A stretch of 64,000 bases of DNA from Magallana gigas (lineage: Eukaryota): NCBI RefSeq assembly GCF_963853765.1, contig NC_088854.1, positions 50,964,001 through 51,028,000 of the forward strand, written 5' to 3'. The position numbers and the translations under genes are program-made. This document shows, piece after piece, positions 1 through 11,648 of this stretch. The notes under the pieces are model-generated. The model did not search any database. It had not been told where the DNA came from and was given only the letters and a program-made list of their open reading frames with translations. Positions within the stretch are counted from its first letter, which is position 1, and each line of letters begins with the position of its first letter.

Positions 1-2505
1 TTCTGTGTTGGACACTTTTCTCGGCTTCACCGAATGACACCTCTCCATCAGGGATGTGTCTGGGTCTCCTCGGCTCCTCCCTCTCGGGCTCGGGCTCAGG
101 TTCCTCCTCCTCCTCTTCTTCCTCCTGGTACCCCGGGGCCTGAGGGGGCCTCTCCTTCAGCTTCTGCATGAGGTCCTTCTGGATGGGTACAGGGATCCTG
201 GGAAACAAGGTAGAGTACCACTCCAATTTGACCATCCACTGACGGAGCACCTCCCCCATGGTCATCTTGTGTCCTCCTCCCGCCTTCACATCTATTTCCT
301 GAAATTTTTTGGAAAACAAAGCTTGAATCTGAATCAATGAAACTATCATAAAAGGCCTTTATATAGGTGTTGCTCTAGACTCTTTTGACACAAAAGAAAG
401 AAATCAAATGATATTAATTTCAATAAATAGGGCCAAAACAACAATGCTGCTATTATTTCAAGAAGTACATGGTACTTCTTGTGCACAGTCATACATAAAA
501 AGTGCAAATGTTAGTATTTTTATATTTTATCATATCAAATGCAATCTTTGTAAAATATCTAAACACATATATAGTCATATATATATACACTTGGAGACTG
601 AATTTTCTACATACACACATTTTCAAAAACCACAAATACATGTTGGTAAATAACAAGAGATGGTGAATAGCTTAACCTCTTCAGGACCAGCTGTAGACAA
701 GGATCGGCCTGTACCCCACAGAGACTAGAGCTAACACCCTGTAGTATACAAACAGCAGTCAATACAAACATACAATGTACACCATACATACAATACTTTA
801 GTCTTCATTTTATATTTATTTATGAAACAGATTTCCTACTTTAGTAAAGATAATTTTAATTTTCAGCAAAAATTTGTGCTTCGAAATGTAGACTGGCATT
901 ATAAAGTCAAAATCTAAAGTAGGAAAGTCTGTTTGGGTGACATTACCCGGCTTTGGCAGACAAGCTGTCCTTTCATACCTCCTCATCATCCAGGTACGGC
1001 TCGTACCAGTCCCACATATCCTTGGGGTCCTGACAATATCTACAACATCAGGTAAAGCCAGTCAACAATGATCAACAGTGATACAAAATTCATTATATGG
1101 GTGATATTCATCTGATATTTGACAGAGATCAATGCATGGCAGTTTTCTGACCAATAATCATGGGTCTCCCCCCCCCCCCCCCCCCAGGAAAAACTTAAAG
1201 ATCCTATATTCTTTTGCCCCCCCCCCCCCCCTTTCAAAATAATAATGATAAATTTTATTAAGAATATTTTCAAAATAAACACCTAGATTAATACCTGTTT
1301 TCAGGCGTAGTAACTGTGATGTAAATTTTTGAAGACAGTGACATGAATATTGAGGACTGACCTGATGTACATGAATCCCAGTCCTCTGATGTAAGGGGAA
1401 TCCTTGTGTGTGATCAATCCCATCAGCTGTTTACGTGTTAATTTCAGCGTATACAGCTTGTACAGTAAACAGTATGCACTGGAGACTATTCCACCCGCAC
1501 CCACTCCTCTTACCTGTAGATTATTATAACACAGAGAGATAAATGGAAAAATTTCATTGGGGATAATTACAAACAAGGAAAATTTACAGATAGAAAATAT
1601 TTAAAGACAATTGTAGTAAATAGAGAAAAATTCCATGGCAATACATATATATTCTCTTGAAAACTATCCTACATCATTCAAAGAAATATGATGGAAAAAT
1701 AGGTTGAGAGAGAGAATGAGAGACCTACCCCTCCACACATTCCTGTTTGTCCTGCAGTTTTTCTGCTTCCCTTTTCCCATGGTTCTAAATGGTCAACCTG
1801 TTAAATTTGATTTTTCTTTAAGTAAGATAGTATTATTAATCAAACATAACAGTCAAAGAACTTTACAATGTAAAGCTACATGTAAACCCTGTCCCAAGAT
1901 ATCCTTGATTCACATTTTGCTTAATTCTTCGATATTCATAAATACCTTACTGGCGTGCGACCAGTTCTCGCCGAGTACCATTTCTCGCCAGTACATTGTG
2001 ACGTCATTTTATCAACACATGAAAATATAGACGAAAAATGACATCACAATGTACTGGCGAGAAAAGGTACTCGGCGAGAACTGGTCGCACGCCAGTAGTG
2101 TTTAAATGATGTTCATTCATTAGTATGAAAAAATTTCCAATATTTTCCCTTTCAAATGCCCCCTCTAACTTATCAGGTTTTTATACACTGCTAAAAATTG
2201 GTTTTGCAACAGACTCAGATGATAGCATTGATATTCCAAGTGACTTCTGAATGGAGAAAAAATGTAAACATTCCATATTATAAATCTCCGTAACAAATCA
2301 GTTTTTGTGTTGAAGTGAAAATGCTATAAAGGTCTTACCTCTCACTCACCTTGTAGTATATTTCATCAATAACCTCATGGTAGGTTTTTAACTCATACAA
2401 ATTGACTTTGAAGTATGGTGATGCCTGAATATTTGTCAATATCAATGGATTCATGTTCATCGTTTTCTCATTCCCCCAGTTTGGGAGTGGATTGTTAGGT
2501 GCCAT
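1..2505 (-). CDS. PRPF38B: Pre-mRNA-splicing factor 38B (partial; 3' part lies beyond window start)
   Basis: Coding exons 2505-2350, 1797-1729, 1513-1362, 1039-979 and 298-<1, all GT-AG and in phase. Translation: MAPNNPLPNWGNEKTMNMNPLILTNIQASPYFKVNLYELKTYHEVIDEIYYK-VDHLEPWEKGSRKTAGQTGMCGG-VRGVGAGGIVSSAYCLLYKLYTLKLTRKQ...-YCQDPKDMWDWYEPYLDDEE-EIDVKAGGGHKMTMGEVLRQWMVKLEWYSTLFPRIPVP, which is the PRP38 domain of PRPF38B. Confidence 0.95.
677..738 (-). other. Candidate 62-nt frameshifting (poison) cassette exon in PRPF38B intron
   Basis: GC-richer island bounded by tgtttgtatactacag| and |gttaag on the minus strand. Inclusion shifts the frame and gives TAG at 294-292. Confidence 0.5.
1948..2097. 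mobile_element. ~150-bp palindromic MITE with TA flanks (Tc1/mariner-type)
   Basis: TACTGGCGTGCGACCAGTTCTCGCCGAGTACC... at the left and ...GGTACTCGGCGAGAACTGGTCGCACGCCAGTA at the right; ~65-bp near-perfect inverted arms. Confidence 0.85.
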
Positions 2506-2829
2506 GGTGTTTCTCTGTTATCTAAAGTAAAAGTAACAGAGGTCAAAATAATTAAGTTACATTCGCCGGTCTAGGTATCTTGAATTTATCAACAGAAATA
2601 AATATTGAAATCTAAAGGAAACAAAGGGATATAACTTTCACGTGCGTTCAAAAATTAGGATATATAAATCAATTAAGGAATAAAACTGATACCTACAGAT
2701 GAACTTTTTGAAGTAATTAGCTGTTTGTCATCAATATTTACGACCAAATCGGCATTTATGACGGTAAAATTCGTAATCAGAACTTCTTTAAACAATGATT
2801 TCTCTAGTTTCAATCCACTAAACATGGCG

Positions 2830-3445
2830 ATTAAAATTTAACCATTTATATCATTATTTACATCATAAATTTAAAACATACATGATAAAGTATCTTTTTT
2901 TAATCTAAAATATACACGTACCTATATATTTCATACAGAGCCTCACCCAAAACGTTTTCAAACCATTAAAAACGACCGAGCACCGATTATGCGATCGCCG
3001 GAAATGGAATACCACTTTTAACCCAAAGTTTGTGAATAACCTGAATGAACATTCGAAATACAATTTTCATGATTTTTATTTTTTAGAAATTAGAAAAAAG
3101 TAACAAAAGCGTAGAGTTGTTGCAAAAAAATATATTATTTAGTAGCGTTCAACAGAGCTGTTCAAAGATACAAGCAAAAATGTTTTACATAATGGCTTCA
3201 TGACTGTTTGTGAAACGATTATTATAACGTTAATGCAATTTTTTAAATACCGTTGTGAAACCAATTATTGAATCATTTCATTGAAAATATTCAAAGTATC
3301 ATATTTTGAATATTATCGTTCAGACTATGGAAAAGTCAGACATATTTGGTTACAAATTAGGGATTGTTGTGTCTAGTTGGGTAATTTGATACCCCAAAAG
3401 ATTAGTGTAGGGTCGGTTTCAAAAGTAGATAAATTTAAGGATAAA
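2830..3445. promoter_or_regulatory. Putative bidirectional promoter region, PRPF38B/LACTB
   Basis: Divergent genes with ATGs at 2505 (-) and 3446 (+). There is a probable non-coding PRPF38B exon ending at 2693 (ctgtag|gtatc) with acceptor at 2521, and a YY1-like AACATGGCG at 2821-2829. Confidence 0.5.
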
Positions 3446-6400
3446 ATGGTCGTGGGTCTGCGTCTGATAAGATGTTCCAAAAATTGCCGTGGTTATGTTT
3501 ACAGAAATATCTTTAGTGGCGCAAGACAGTATAACAATGGATGGCCCACGAACTATTTCAAGAAAATTGCAGCTAACGTTTGCATAGGTTTGTTTTCTTC
3601 TTGATCTGTTTTGAAAGGGGGGGGGGGCGGCATTGTGCTTACTCAATAATAGGCTTTGTCAGTTGTTACCTTCTCTTCTAAATTTGGGAAAAATTTCATT
3701 CCTGAATTTTTATTATTTTTTGTTGGGAGGGTTTAATTAATTAAAAAGGGGAGAAATAATCTATGAAGGACCAGACTAGGATTTCCAGACTAGGATTTGA
3801 ACCAATTTTAACTTTTAAGGCCCCGAAATCTGTCAGAAGCTTGACCTGCTGAAATATCCGAATCTAGTAATCAAGTTTGTCAGACTGTAAAATTTTTACA
3901 CCTCAAATGACCTTTGCCCTCAAGAATCAACAGCCTGTAACGGGATGGGAGAAATAATGACGGACCAGACCGGGATTCGAACCCAGGCCCTTTGAATCTC
4001 TAGTCAGGTGCTCTATCAACTGAGCTATCTGGTGCCGGTATTTGAACCGGTCTGGCCGTCACAAGTCCAAGTGCATTAAGGTACTTTCCACTAGCTGGCA
4101 GATGTGGTAGTTCCAGGGGTTGCACAGCTCAGCTACCACAAATGTAATTAAATGGGAGAAATAATGAATGACCAAATTGGGTTTGAACCTGGACCCCCTG
4201 AATCTGTATTAATTATACCAACAGAGCTATCTGGCCCAGGTGATCAAACCAGTCTGTCCATCACATTCCTTCTCTCTAAAATGATCTTCACCGTCTTAGG
4301 TTCTTTTCCCTGTAGGAGTTAACTTGTCAGTTCTAGGGGCTGGTCATAGCACCAAATGTGATGCGATAGGAGAAATAATGATTAATTAGTCAGAAGACCA
4401 AGATATGAACCTAAATGCCCCCCTGAATCTGTAGTCAGGTGCTCTACCAACTGAGCTATCAGATATCTGGCCCTGAAGATTGAACTAGTCTGACTCTTCC
4501 AAGGGTTCCCCAAGAATATCTATCATGTTAATATAAACTTGTGCTTCTAATGTCCATCTTGACCTGTTTACAGCAACTGGAATAGGGGTTAGCGCTTTGA
4601 CTCTCTATACCCTGACCGCGGAGTGTAAACAGTCCCCGCAGACAGAGGAGAAAGAGAGCACGGCTAATGCTATGAAAGTCCAACAGAAGCAACTGTCCCT
4701 GGAAGAAACAATAGAAAGGGCCAGAGATATTGTACAACGGGCAAAGGTATGTCAATGTTCAAGTGTACAGATTCAGAAAATTCCAGAGGTTATATGTGTG
4801 TATCTGTTAACTTAGTAAGCTTACCTTATCTATCAGAATAACAATGAGGTCTCCTTGAAATTTATGTTTGAACATGATTGTTCTGATATTCGGAGTCAGA
4901 TACCATATGTATTCATTTATGACGATTTCATTATTTCTATAGTATAAACTTAGTTTTGCTATTAATTTTGTATCGCAAAATATAAAACTTGTTGAAATTA
5001 TGTCAGTTGTAATACTTCGTACAATAAAACATTTTTTGAATCACAAATATTTTTTAATAATGACAAATACAAAAAAGGAATGAATTTACTTTTCCTTCAT
5101 TTTTTGCAAAATTTGCATCTGATTCAGGCAAAACAGTATGCATGAAAACAAAAAATACATAATTTATTGGAGTCATCATGTCAGTCTGTCAAATCATCTT
5201 TCTTTTCATCCAACTCCATTACTTTATTTTAAACAAAATACAGGGAATACTTGACTGAAAGGCTTGTATCATGACCTTTGAATGTGTCATGACCTTGACC
5301 CAACATTATTTGACCAAGGTCAAGTTTACATCATCATCACACATGGTGTTTATCCGGGGGAATTAGTCATTTGTTTACAGCTCTAGTTGTTATAGTAACG
5401 ATCTTCAGTTCATTTTACAGATTTGGATGATAAATATCAATTATAGTAGAGTATCCAAATCCTGTAACATTATATTCAGCCATTCTGTTTTATGAAATAA
5501 ACATTTAAAAATAATCATAAGATACCCCTTTTTTTTCACTATCCAGGATGAGACTGGGAGCCCGGGTTTGGTGGTAGGTGTCAGTATCAATGGAAAAACT
5601 GTATGGGCAGAAGGTACATCTAAATTTAACGGAGTTAAATTACATTCCAAGTTCATACAGAGAATTATAAACACTGTAAAGTAACTTAAACAAAATCATT
5701 TCATAAACTTGCACAAACTATACCAACTCTAAACCTATACTGAATGGCTATTCTAATAGACAAATGAAAGTCCATTAATTGCCGAACTCGGGGAAACTCT
5801 GCATGATGTTGTGAGGATGAGAAGAAATCATGAATGTTATAATTCTTTGTATCTGATGAATATTATAGTAATTAGTAAACGACTTGTGCATTGTCTACCA
5901 AGGTCTGGGATATGCAGACATAGAGAACAGAATCAAGATGTCTCCTGAGACAGTTCTTAGGATTGCCAGTATCAGTAAGCCCATCACCATGGCAGCAGTT
6001 GCTAAGCAGTGGGAGTTGGGCAAACTAGACTTGGACAAACCAGTGCAGTTGTATGTACCATCCTTCCCAGAGAAAGAAATCAATGGTGTCAAAGTGAGTT
6101 AAAAATTGCTAAAATAGTTCTATTTTTATAGAGCTTTTTAAATTGACTCCATCAATTGTAAATACCTTGTGATTTTACCCTGAATTTCATTCATATTTTT
6201 AAATGTTTTCCCAGGTAAATATAACAACTCGCCAACTTGTATCTCATATGGGAGGGATTCGTCATTACCGCAAGGACTATATGAAAAAAAATAAGGTATG
6301 TTTCAATGCTTTACGCAAGCCCTATAGTGATCAGTCCATCCATCCTTCCATCCATCTGTCTGTCTGTCTGTCCGAGATCTCTTGTCCAGAGCATATCTTC

Positions 6401-9400
6401 TCTCCTCTTGGCCCAATCTGGCTCAAAATTTCACCCACAGAGTGCCTTTTGGTAAAGGGTGTGCAGTGACCTTGAACCATGTTTCTAGGTCAAAGCTGGA
6501 GGTCATTGCAGAATTAAATGAAAATCCTTGTCCGGAGCATATTTTCTCTCCCCTTAATCCAATTTGGCTCAAACTACACTCACAGAATGCTTATGGTCAA
6601 AGGGTGTGCAGTGAGCTTTAAGTTTGTAGGTCAAAGTCATATTTGATCATGCAAAAATTCTTTTTTTTCAGAGCATTTGTAATCTCCACTTAACCATATT
6701 TGGCTCATACTTCACATAAGCAGAGCTTTTGAGTAAAGAATGTGCAGTGACCTTGAACCAAGTTTCAATGTCAAAGCTGAAGGTCATAGCAGAATTATAT
6801 GAAAAATCCATGTCTGGAGCATATCTTTTCTCCCTATGGTCCAATTTGGCTCGTACTTCACTCACAGAGTGCCTACGATCAAAGGGTGTGCAGTGACCTT
6901 GAATGATGTGTGTAGGTCAAGTGTCAAGGTCATCTTGGATCATGCGAAATTCTTTTTTCGGACCATATATATACTCTCCACTTGGCCTAATTCGGCTCTT
7001 ATTTCACTTTAACAGAGCATTTAAGTTAATGGTATGCAGTGACTATAATTTGAACGAAGTCAATGTGACGGTCTTAGTTTTAGACTATAGAATATTTCCC
7101 ATTTGTATGGTGGCATATCTCTGCCCCTTGTGTGCAAGTTATTTTCTCTTCATTATGTTGACATGCAAGATAAATATGTTGACATGCAAGATAGTTATGT
7201 CAACATGCAACATAACTATGTTGACATGCAAGAAAACTGCAATCAAATAAGAGTTATAAAAAATCTCAAATATCGCCAACAAGTGACATCCAAGATACTA
7301 GATACGCTACGATGTCAACATGCAACTTATTTCTGTTAAAATGTTAACATACAACTTATTTATGTTAACATGCAAGATAAATATGCTAACATGCAACTTA
7401 TTTATGTTAACATGCAACTTATTTATGTCGACATGCAACTTATTTATGTCAACATGCAACTTAATTATGTTAACATGCAAGATAAATATGTTGACATGCA
7501 ACATATTTATGTCAACATGCAAGTTAGTTATGTTGACATGCAACTTATAAATTGCATGTCAACATATTTATCTCGCATGTAAACATAACTAAGTTGCATG
7601 TTGACATATTCATCTCGCATGTCGACATAAGTAAGTTGCATGTCGACATAAAAAAGTTGCATGTCGACATAAATAAGTTGCATGTTGACATAAATAAGTT
7701 GCATGTCAGCATATTTATCTTGCATGTTAACATAAATAAGTTGTGTGTCGACATAAAAAGGTAGCATCTAACATCTTGGATGTCACAGGTGGGCGGTATT
7801 TCAGATTTTTCGGGATTTTTGTATAATTCATATCAGATTGCAATTTCTTGTATGACAACATAGTTATGTTGCATGTTGACATAACTATCTTGCATGTCAA
7901 CATATTTATCTTGCATGTCGACATATTTGATAGAAAAATAAATTGCACGCAAGGGGCAGAGATATGCCACCATACATTTGCTTAATCTTGCTTAGGTTGA
8001 ACAAAAAATGCCAGTATGTAAGGGGTAATAAGATTGAATTAAAAGTTTAATGCCAGCTGGAAATTTATAGGACAAGGTCAAAGAAAAATTCTCTGAAATG
8101 GTTATCATCCTATTGTCCATTATTTAAGTGGGGTCCTTTGAGATGGTCACCATCTCAATTTGTCTAGTTTCCAATGAAGTTCAACTAGTTTGAAATGTAT
8201 CAAGTTCATAGACATCAATGTAAATAACAGTCAGTGTGAATGTTCCTCTCTTGTCTGGCCACCATTGCATGAGAAGGATATGTCTTGTAAGCTCATTGAT
8301 GTATTGACTAATGCAGCTAAAGCGTAACCAAAGATCATTAACATGACATCAAGAAGCTTGTAGAATCCAAGCTGGTCACATGCAACATCACATGAATTAT
8401 CAAGTTGTTAATACTTGTAAATTCCTTATTTTACGCGAGTACTAAATTCCGTGATTCAACCGTTTTCCATCAAATCGCCAGAACAAAAAATCGCGAATGC
8501 TGAATTTTTATCATAGTTTCTTGTAATTAATATATCTGAAAAATATATCTAAAAAAATGTTTATATATGCATTTTTTCTCTCTATTTTGTTCACTGTTTA
8601 AGTTCACCTATCAGTTGTACAGTTGTATATTTTTCTTTTATAGGAAACTGATGAGAAGGCCAATGCAAGTGAGTTGAGGTTTAATAAATATAAAAATGAT
8701 TTCACTTGGTATGTTGTTTTGAAATAGAAGTCTTTTTATATCTGTATTCCTTAAATATACATAGAACTTATCATTGAATGAAAAAACCATTTTGTGATGA
8801 TCAAGGGACCACAAAAGATAGCCATTTTCTCAGCAAACTTGGAATCATTCTTTGGCTTTTATGGAGTGATTAGTACAGTTGGGGATGTGATCAAATCCAA
8901 TAAAGCCCAAAGGGCTTTATGATAGATTTGATCAACTACCGACTGTAATGATCACCCCCATCAAAGTCAAAGAATAATTCCTATTTTGCTTATGGTATAT
9001 TTACATCATTTATTTATCATTATATGTAAAATTAAAGTTTTGATATTTTTACTTTACTTTTATCTTGCAAACCTTACTTGTGCCCCAACTGTGTACGTTA
9101 AGTATACATCAATTCTTAAAGTAATGTCTATTATGTCTGTGTATTATCATGCAGTGAAAAATACTAAATGATGCTGTTTCACATACCAAATTTAGACAAT
9201 GTGCCGATGATAAAATTTGATTTGTAGTTTTATCACAGACAAAGACTGAAAAATGTAGAGAGAGAGAGAGAAAGAGCGTGTGTGTGTTAAAGCACAGTAG
9301 AGTAGACTGTAAAGACTTTTGGATGTTTACCATGCCATGCATTTACAAGCTTTTCTGAGAAAGCCTAAGCTTAGCTTAGTGCAGTTTTACTGTAATAACA

Positions 9401-11648
9401 GGCAAGAATACTGGACAAAAAACCAAAAACAAAGCAGAGGAGCAGTTGACCGAGATGGAGCTGGATGAATATTTCATAACAAAATCATTCCAAAGTGTGA
9501 CTGAGAGCTTGTCTTTATTCAAGGATGACCCACTGGTCCACAGTCCAGGTAAAGAATTCTTTGAAAATATAGTCCAGGTAAAAGGATACCTGTAAAACAT
9601 CATGCTGGCATTTACATAACAGTCAAAGCAAAATACTCAGGTCTTTGATAATTTACCTTGAATGGTATATGTATAGGTGATATAATGGACTTGTCCATGC
9701 AAAGTATTACCAGTATATATTTCTATCTATCTTAAAAAGTCCAGGTAAACAGTAAGATAGCGATTGTGGTTTATATCAAGATATAGGATGCAGTCCACAG
9801 CGCAGGTAATGCCCTCAATTAACAGAGCAATTTATCGAATTCTGGTTTCTTGTAGGTTTGGTGTACCAAAATGGCATCCACACTGTATTTTTAATTTACT
9901 GTAAACCAACTTTTATTTGAATGTGAGAAAATTTTGGGTCTTCTAAAATAGCTAGGATATTTTTGTAGAGAATATTTTTTTCCACAAACCTGTCTTTCAA
10001 ATAGCCAATCCATATATTTGTTTAAGATTACATTTTTACCTACATTTAGGCTTGGTCACAAAATATAGACACACAAACTATTTTCGCTTTGGTAAAGTTG
10101 TTGCACATTACAATTGGTATACAGTATTATCCAGCGAACATCCATGTTTTTTCTAATGCTAGATAAAATAAAAATGAAGTTTGTGGTCTCAGAAATGCCA
10201 TTAGTATTATAAAACCCCAAAAGCTTGCTGGATATGATACATGGATATATACACTATTTTATCAATAAATATCATATCCAGGTAGACCCATGTTACTGTC
10301 AGTATAAGGGAACTTATTACTAAATACGGGTATTAACTGAAATTTTTTGTTCTTGTGTTGTTTTTTAAACTATTGTTGTATGCTCAACAGGAAGTGAGTT
10401 CTTGTATTCAACGCATGCCTGGACCTTGATAAGTGCCATTCTAGAGGCTGTGGCCAAAGAACCTTTTGAGAAACACATCATCAAAATGGCAAAAGAACTA
10501 GGAATGGACCACACCTACCTAGATGAAAATTCTCCCCTTATTTACCACAGAGGAAGGTAAGATGGCTGTCTCAACGTATATCCAATCAATGAACATGTAG
10601 AAAATTGGTATGATATAGTTCCAAGTCTTGATCAAATTCTATAATACTATTTAAAGCGCTAAGCATAGCCCAGCGCTTTATTGTCGTTAGACTTCTACTT
10701 CCAGTGCATTGAATATAACCGCCCCCTATGAGCAGAAGTATACATCATTTAAACTGGTTAGGGAACCAGTTTCAGGGGTTTATGCACATAACTGCACGGG
10801 CTATAATTGTAAATCTAATGTACAGGGTATTGTGAATTAAATGTAGGGGGCTTACATACATCATTGCAGTGGCTACAATGCAGTGATAAGGAAATATACA
10901 GATATTTGTTATATACAAACAGAAGCTGGGTTAGCTGTTTCAGTACTTTGAGTACTTTGATTTTACGTAGTAATCAATCACAAACTAATAGGATGAGTAT
11001 TGCCATATCTGAAGCAAAGAAATTTAGTTGCACCAATTATTGTAAGTATTCTGTGACTCCTTTTTTATTATGACATATGAATTTTTCAGACATTATATGA
11101 AGAACAAATCAGGAAAGAAATTGATAAATTGCCCATACGTAGACTTGTCTTATAAATGGGCAGGAGGAGGCTTGCTATCCACCGTCACTGACCTTCTGCA
11201 ATTCGGGAACGTCATGTTATACAGTTATCAAATTCCTAGTTCCTCATCCAAACATAACAGTGCCAAAAACTCGGCTGTTAACCAAAACAATACTGTCAAA
11301 CCGGGCTTTCTGAAGCCAGAAACAGTGAAATCCGTGTGGGCACCTTTGTATAAATATGGGAAAAAAGCTGACTTTTTCTATGGCATGGGCTGGTTTGTGA
11401 ATGAAGAGAACCAAAAGTATGGCCAAGGAAAGCAGACTAAATTCTGTGTCTCCCACACAGGGAATGCTGTGGGGGGAAGCAGTGTTCTTTTGATTCTTCC
11501 ACCATCGTCCAAAGCTATGGATAATCCACCCAAAGGCGTGGTTGTAGCCATTATTGTAAACATGATCTCAGTAAACCTCGATCCTGCTGCAAGAGATGTA
11601 GCAGAATTGTTTGAAAACTACTACCTCGGACAAGATGAATCTGCATAA
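3446..11648 (+). CDS. LACTB: Serine beta-lactamase-like protein LACTB, mitochondrial (~516 aa)
   Basis: Exons 3446-3587, 4574-4746, 5547-5613, 5903-6093, 6215-6295, 8644-8668, 9402-9548, 10391-10556 and 11090-11648 (1551 nt, in phase). Motifs: SISK (SxxK), LYSTHAW (YxT), SHTG, GIRHY and YKWAGGGLLST. The N-terminus is Arg/Lys-rich and presequence-like. Confidence 0.93.
3745..4495 (-). mobile_element. Cluster of four degenerate tRNA-derived SINE-like units in LACTB intron 1
   Basis: The best copy (3936-4071) reads on the minus strand CCAGATAGCTCAGTTGATAGAGCACCTGACTAGAGATTCAAAGGGCCTGGGTTCGAATCCCGGTCTGGTCCGTCATTATTTCTCCC, with A- and B-box-like motifs. Related copies at ~3745-3830, ~4151-4270 and ~4365-4495. 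Confidence 0.75.
6330..7085 (+). repeat. (TCCA)n/(TCTG)n microsatellite followed by five ~145-bp tandem units (Helentron/HINE-like central array)
   Basis: Units containing GAGCATAT..CTCTCC..CCAAT.TGGCTC..ACTTCAC..ACAGAGTGC...AAAGGGTGTGCAGTGACCTTGAA start near 6381, 6527, 6663, 6810 and 6955. A microsatellite followed by a tandem array is the layout described for bivalve non-autonomous Helentrons. Confidence 0.7.
7106..7974. mobile_element. Non-autonomous IS3EU-like DNA transposon, nearly fully palindromic
   Basis: TIR TATGGTGGCATATCTCTGCCCCTTG / CAAGGGGCAGAGATATGCCACCATA, with a 6-bp direct repeat CATTTG on both sides (7100-7105 and 7975-7980). Internal ATGTYRACATGCAA repeats flip orientation near 7550. 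Confidence 0.8.
8841..8982. mobile_element. Palindromic MITE-like repeat (second, partial copy at ~28330-28433)
   Basis: GGAATCATTCTTTG...TGATCAAATCCAATAAAGCCC-AAGGGCTTTATGATAGATTTGATCA...CAAAGAATAATTCC; the core is shared with ~28330-28433. Confidence 0.7.

Noticed and set aside
1167-1231. Long poly-C/poly-G runs (also ~20675, ~41345, ~46667, ~61080) as G-quadruplex elements
   Set aside because: Simple homopolymers of uncertain assembled length, and some are parts of transposon subtermini.
3936-4071. Possible tRNA gene
   Set aside because: The acceptor and anticodon stems do not pair cleanly, and degenerate copies with a shared non-tRNA tail sit next to it; it fits a SINE head better.
7103-7948. 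Several overlapping ORFs with MLTC/VDMQ/LHVN repeats
   Set aside because: They are stop-free translations of the 14/21-bp repeat array inside the TIR element, open on both strands, with no splice or domain support.
8644-8670. CTGATGAG hammerhead-ribozyme-like core
   Set aside because: No downstream GAAA with supporting stems, and it is explained as a LACTB coding exon.
9228-9254. Possible 27-nt in-frame LACTB micro-exon (ILSQTKTEK)
   Set aside because: The donor AT|gtagag is weak and runs into a GA microsatellite.
9581-9590. U12-type (RTATCCTT) splice signals
   Set aside because: Matches here and near 1015 and 1898 are on the strand opposite the host gene or inside exons. All modelled introns are canonical GT-AG.
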